Origin: an uncultured Acidobacteriota bacterium
GTDB lineage: Bacteria > Acidobacteriota > Thermoanaerobaculia > Multivoradales > UBA5704
Direction of reading: 5' to 3'
Length of the DNA: 64,000 bases
NCBI GenBank assembly: GCA_963770895.1
Contig: CAVYRF010000002.1
Location: 3,232,001-3,296,000, forward strand
Positions within the stretch are counted from its first letter, which is position 1, and the number at the start of each line of letters is the position of its first letter. The notes under the pieces are model-generated. The model saw nothing but the letters and a program-made list of their open reading frames with translations. It was not told the DNA's origin and did not search any database. Below, piece by piece: positions 61,488 through 64,000 of the stretch. The translations under genes and the position numbers were made by a program.

Positions 61488-62264
61488 TCAGCGCTGGTCC
61501 TCCCACTGGATGCCGGCGGGAGGGGAAAACTGCCCGGCCGGCAGGGCGTGATAGTCGCCGATCTGGAACCGGGTCAGGTTGCCCTCGCGGTCGTGGTACG
61601 AGACCTCGACGACGCGCAGGCTGGCGCCGTCGATGGTCAGGGCCGCGTCGGTCAGCTGCGCCGTCTTGGCCTTGGGAGACAGGCGCACCTGCACCGCAGG
61701 CGGCGCGCCGCCTGAGGCGGTGCTGCCGGCGTGGGCCGAGCTGGGGGCGGCGGCGCCGGCTGGAGCGGGGGAGGCCGTGGCGGTCGCGTCATAGCGCGCC
61801 TTCAGGTCGTCCACCCCCAGCAGCAGCAGGTCCAGGCCCGGCTCGTTCTTGCGATCCACGTGGTACCGGCGGCCGGTGTGGTCCTCCGCGTTCCAGGCGT
61901 GCACCATGTCGCCGCACAGCAGGAAGCTCTTGGGGTACGGGTCGCGGTAGTCCCAGCGCAGGCAGTCCGGCAGGTGCAGCGACAGGCTGCCCGTCTCCTT
62001 TTCGCCCGAGCTGAAGCCCGCCGGGATGTACGTCTGGGTGAAGGCCGCGCCGGATGCCCCGGCCTCCGCCAGGCTCAGCCGCACCCGGGCCAGCCATACC
62101 CAGGGGTCGGTTGCCGTCGCGGCGGCCGCCGCCGGGTGCGCGGGCGCCGCGGCGGCCAGCAGGATTGCGCAGGCCAGTGCCGCCAGGCCGAGGGCCGCGC
62201 CATATGCCGGCTGCAGGTGCGGGCGCCGCGGCGCGAGCGGCGGAGCGGACGTGTGCTTTGCCAT
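61488..62264 (-). CDS. lolA: Outer-membrane lipoprotein carrier LolA-like protein
   Basis: Signal peptide, AAFTQT...ETGSLSLHLPDCLRWDYRDPYPKSFLLCGD and C-terminal FSPPAG. Confidence 0.75.
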   Translation of the reverse strand: MAKHTSAPPLAPRRPHLQPAYGAALGLAALACAILLAAAAPAHPAAAAATATDPWVWLARVRLSLAEAGASGAAFTQTYIPAGFSSGEKETGSLSLHLPDCLRWDYRDPYPKSFLLCGDMVHAWNAEDHTGRRYHVDRKNEPGLDLLLLGVDDLKARYDATATASPAPAGAAAPSSAHAGSTASGGAPPAVQVRLSPKAKTAQLTDAALTIDGASLRVVEVSYHDREGNLTRFQIGDYHALPAGQFSPPAGIQWEDQR

Positions 62265-62291
62265 CGTGTTCAGTCCTTCCTACCCCTATCC

Positions 62292-64000
62292 TCAATGACG
62301 GAAATGGCGGGTGCCGGTGAGCAACATCGCCATGTTGTGCTCATCGGCGGCGGCGATCACCTCCGCGTCGTTCTTGCTGCCGCCCGGTTGCACCACGGCG
62401 GTGACCCCTGCCGCGCCCAGCACGTCCAGGCCGTCGCGGAAGGGGAAGAAGGCGTCCGACGCGGCCACCGTGCCGGCGACCGGCAGCTGCGCCTTCGAGA
62501 TCGCGATGCGGCACGAATCGAACGCGGCTCATCTGGCCGGCGCCGATTCCGACGGTCTGGTCGGCGTTCGCCAGCACGATCGCGTTCGACTTGACGTAGC
62601 GGCCCACCCGCCAGGCAAAGTCGAGGGCGCGCCGCTCTTCGGCGGTCGGGGCGCGGCGCGTCGGCGACGTCCAGCTGGCCGGATCGCTATCGGCGGCGGC
62701 ATCCGGCGGCTGGGCCAGAAACCCGCCGGCGATGGCGCGCAGCTCGATCTCGCCCGGCGCGGTGCGGTACAGCGGGCACTCGATCAGGCGCAGGTTCTTT
62801 TTGCGTCCGAACAGCCGGCGCGCCTCGTCGTCGAAGGCCGGCGCCACCAGCACCTCGACGAACAGATTGGCCATCGCGGCCGCCAGCGCGCCGTCTACCG
62901 TGCCAGTCACCGCGATCACCGAGCCGAACGCCGACACCGGGTCGGTCGCCACGGCCAGCTGGTACGCCTCGGCGAGGCTGGCGGCGCGGCCGATGCCGCA
63001 GGGGTTGTTGTGTTTGACGATCACCACCGTCGGCCCGGCAAACAGCCCCGCGATCTTGCGCGCCGCGTCGGCGTCCAGCAGGTTGTTCCACGACAGCTCC
63101 TTGCCCGCCAGCTGGCGGAACCCGCCGAGAGCGCCGCCCGCCGCGGTGAACGCGGCCAGCGCCGGCGACGCCGGTTCCTGGGTCGAGCTACCTGTCGAGG
63201 CCCCCGACGACGCGCCGCGCACCGCGTACACGGCGCCGCCCTGGTGGGGATTCTCGCCGTAGCGCAGCTCCGCCGTGCGCTCCAGCTCCAGGACCAGGCG
63301 CGGTGGGAAGGTCGCCGCGGTGGCGCCGGCGGCCGCGGCGGGCTGGCCGGCGGCGGCGTCGCCACCTCCGGCGGAGGGCTGGCCGGCGCCTGGCTGCGGC
63401 GCGGACGCCGCGGCCGGTGCGCCCGGAGCGTCGGCCGGATGGTGACTGGCCAGCCAGTCGGCCACCGCGGCGTCGTACGCCTGGGTGTGGCGGAACGCCT
63501 TGAGCGCAAACTCCTGGCGCAAGGGTTCTGGCACCACGCCGTCGTTGGCCGAAAGCGCCGCCAGCAGGCGGGTGTAGTCGTCAGGGTCCACCACCACCGC
63601 CACGCCGCCAAAGTTCTTGGCCGCGGCGCGCACCATCGCCGGTCCGCCGATGTCGATCTGCTCGATCACCTCGTCGAAGGTGGCGGACTCGTTGGCGGCC
63701 GTCTCGCGGAATGGATACAGGTTCACGATCACCAGGTCGATGCGGTCGATCCCATGCTCGGCCAGCTGCTCGGTATGCGCCGGCTCCGAGCGGCGCGCCA
63801 GGATGCCGGCGTGGATTCGCGGGTGCAACGTCTTCACCCGCCCGTCCAGGATCTCGGGGAACCCCGTCACGTCGGCCACCGCCAGCGCGGAGATGCCCAG
63901 ACCGCGCAGGTGGGCCAGAGTGCCGCCGGTCGACACCACCTGAATGTGCAGCGTTTCCAGGCCGCGGACCAGCGCCGCAAGCCCTCTCTTGTCGGATACA
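62292..64000 (-). CDS. purH: Bifunctional AICAR transformylase/IMP cyclohydrolase; 5' end off the window, with a +1 frameshift at about 62521
   Basis: [35 protein letters not shown] and VKSNAI. The C-terminus DSCRIA...[11 protein letters not shown]...QPGGS...RHFRH* is in a different frame. Confidence 0.93.

Overview
Very GC-rich, densely coding bacterial chromosomal segment. Gene content and peptide style suggest Acidobacteriota, possibly Thermoanaerobaculia-like; this is inference only. From left to right it holds: (1) an RND pump and adaptor, a putative outer-membrane protein divergent from a short ModE, and a NarX/NarL-type two-component pair; (2) a phosphate cluster (phoU, N-acyltransferase plus O-acyltransferase pair, phoR, phoB, ppx, PHP-GT4 fusion, ppk1) interrupted by a divergent citrate synthase / HTH-citrate synthase pair; (3) dienelactone hydrolase, an amidohydrolase and a GAF-GGDEF protein; (4) a moxR-DUF58-bat operon, rsmA, an orphan Cys-rich RiPP-like peptide, ftsK, ctpA, an STT3-like membrane protein, tatA/B-tatC and a Thr-type sulfatase-like lipoprotein; (5) kdsB-pyrG-kdsA-kdsD-kdsC, an SDR, blaI/blaR1-like genes, two hypotheticals, a polyprenyl synthetase, yajQ, lolA and a frameshifted purH. 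The best candidate for an undescribed system is a PhoB-controlled phosphorus-free membrane-lipid remodelling module. Pho-box-like 11-bp repeats precede phoU, the acyltransferase pair and the PHP-glycosyltransferase fusion, and two of these promoters share an identical 12-mer. I recognised no tRNA, rRNA, CRISPR array or transposase. All calls come from reading motifs by eye; no database search was run.
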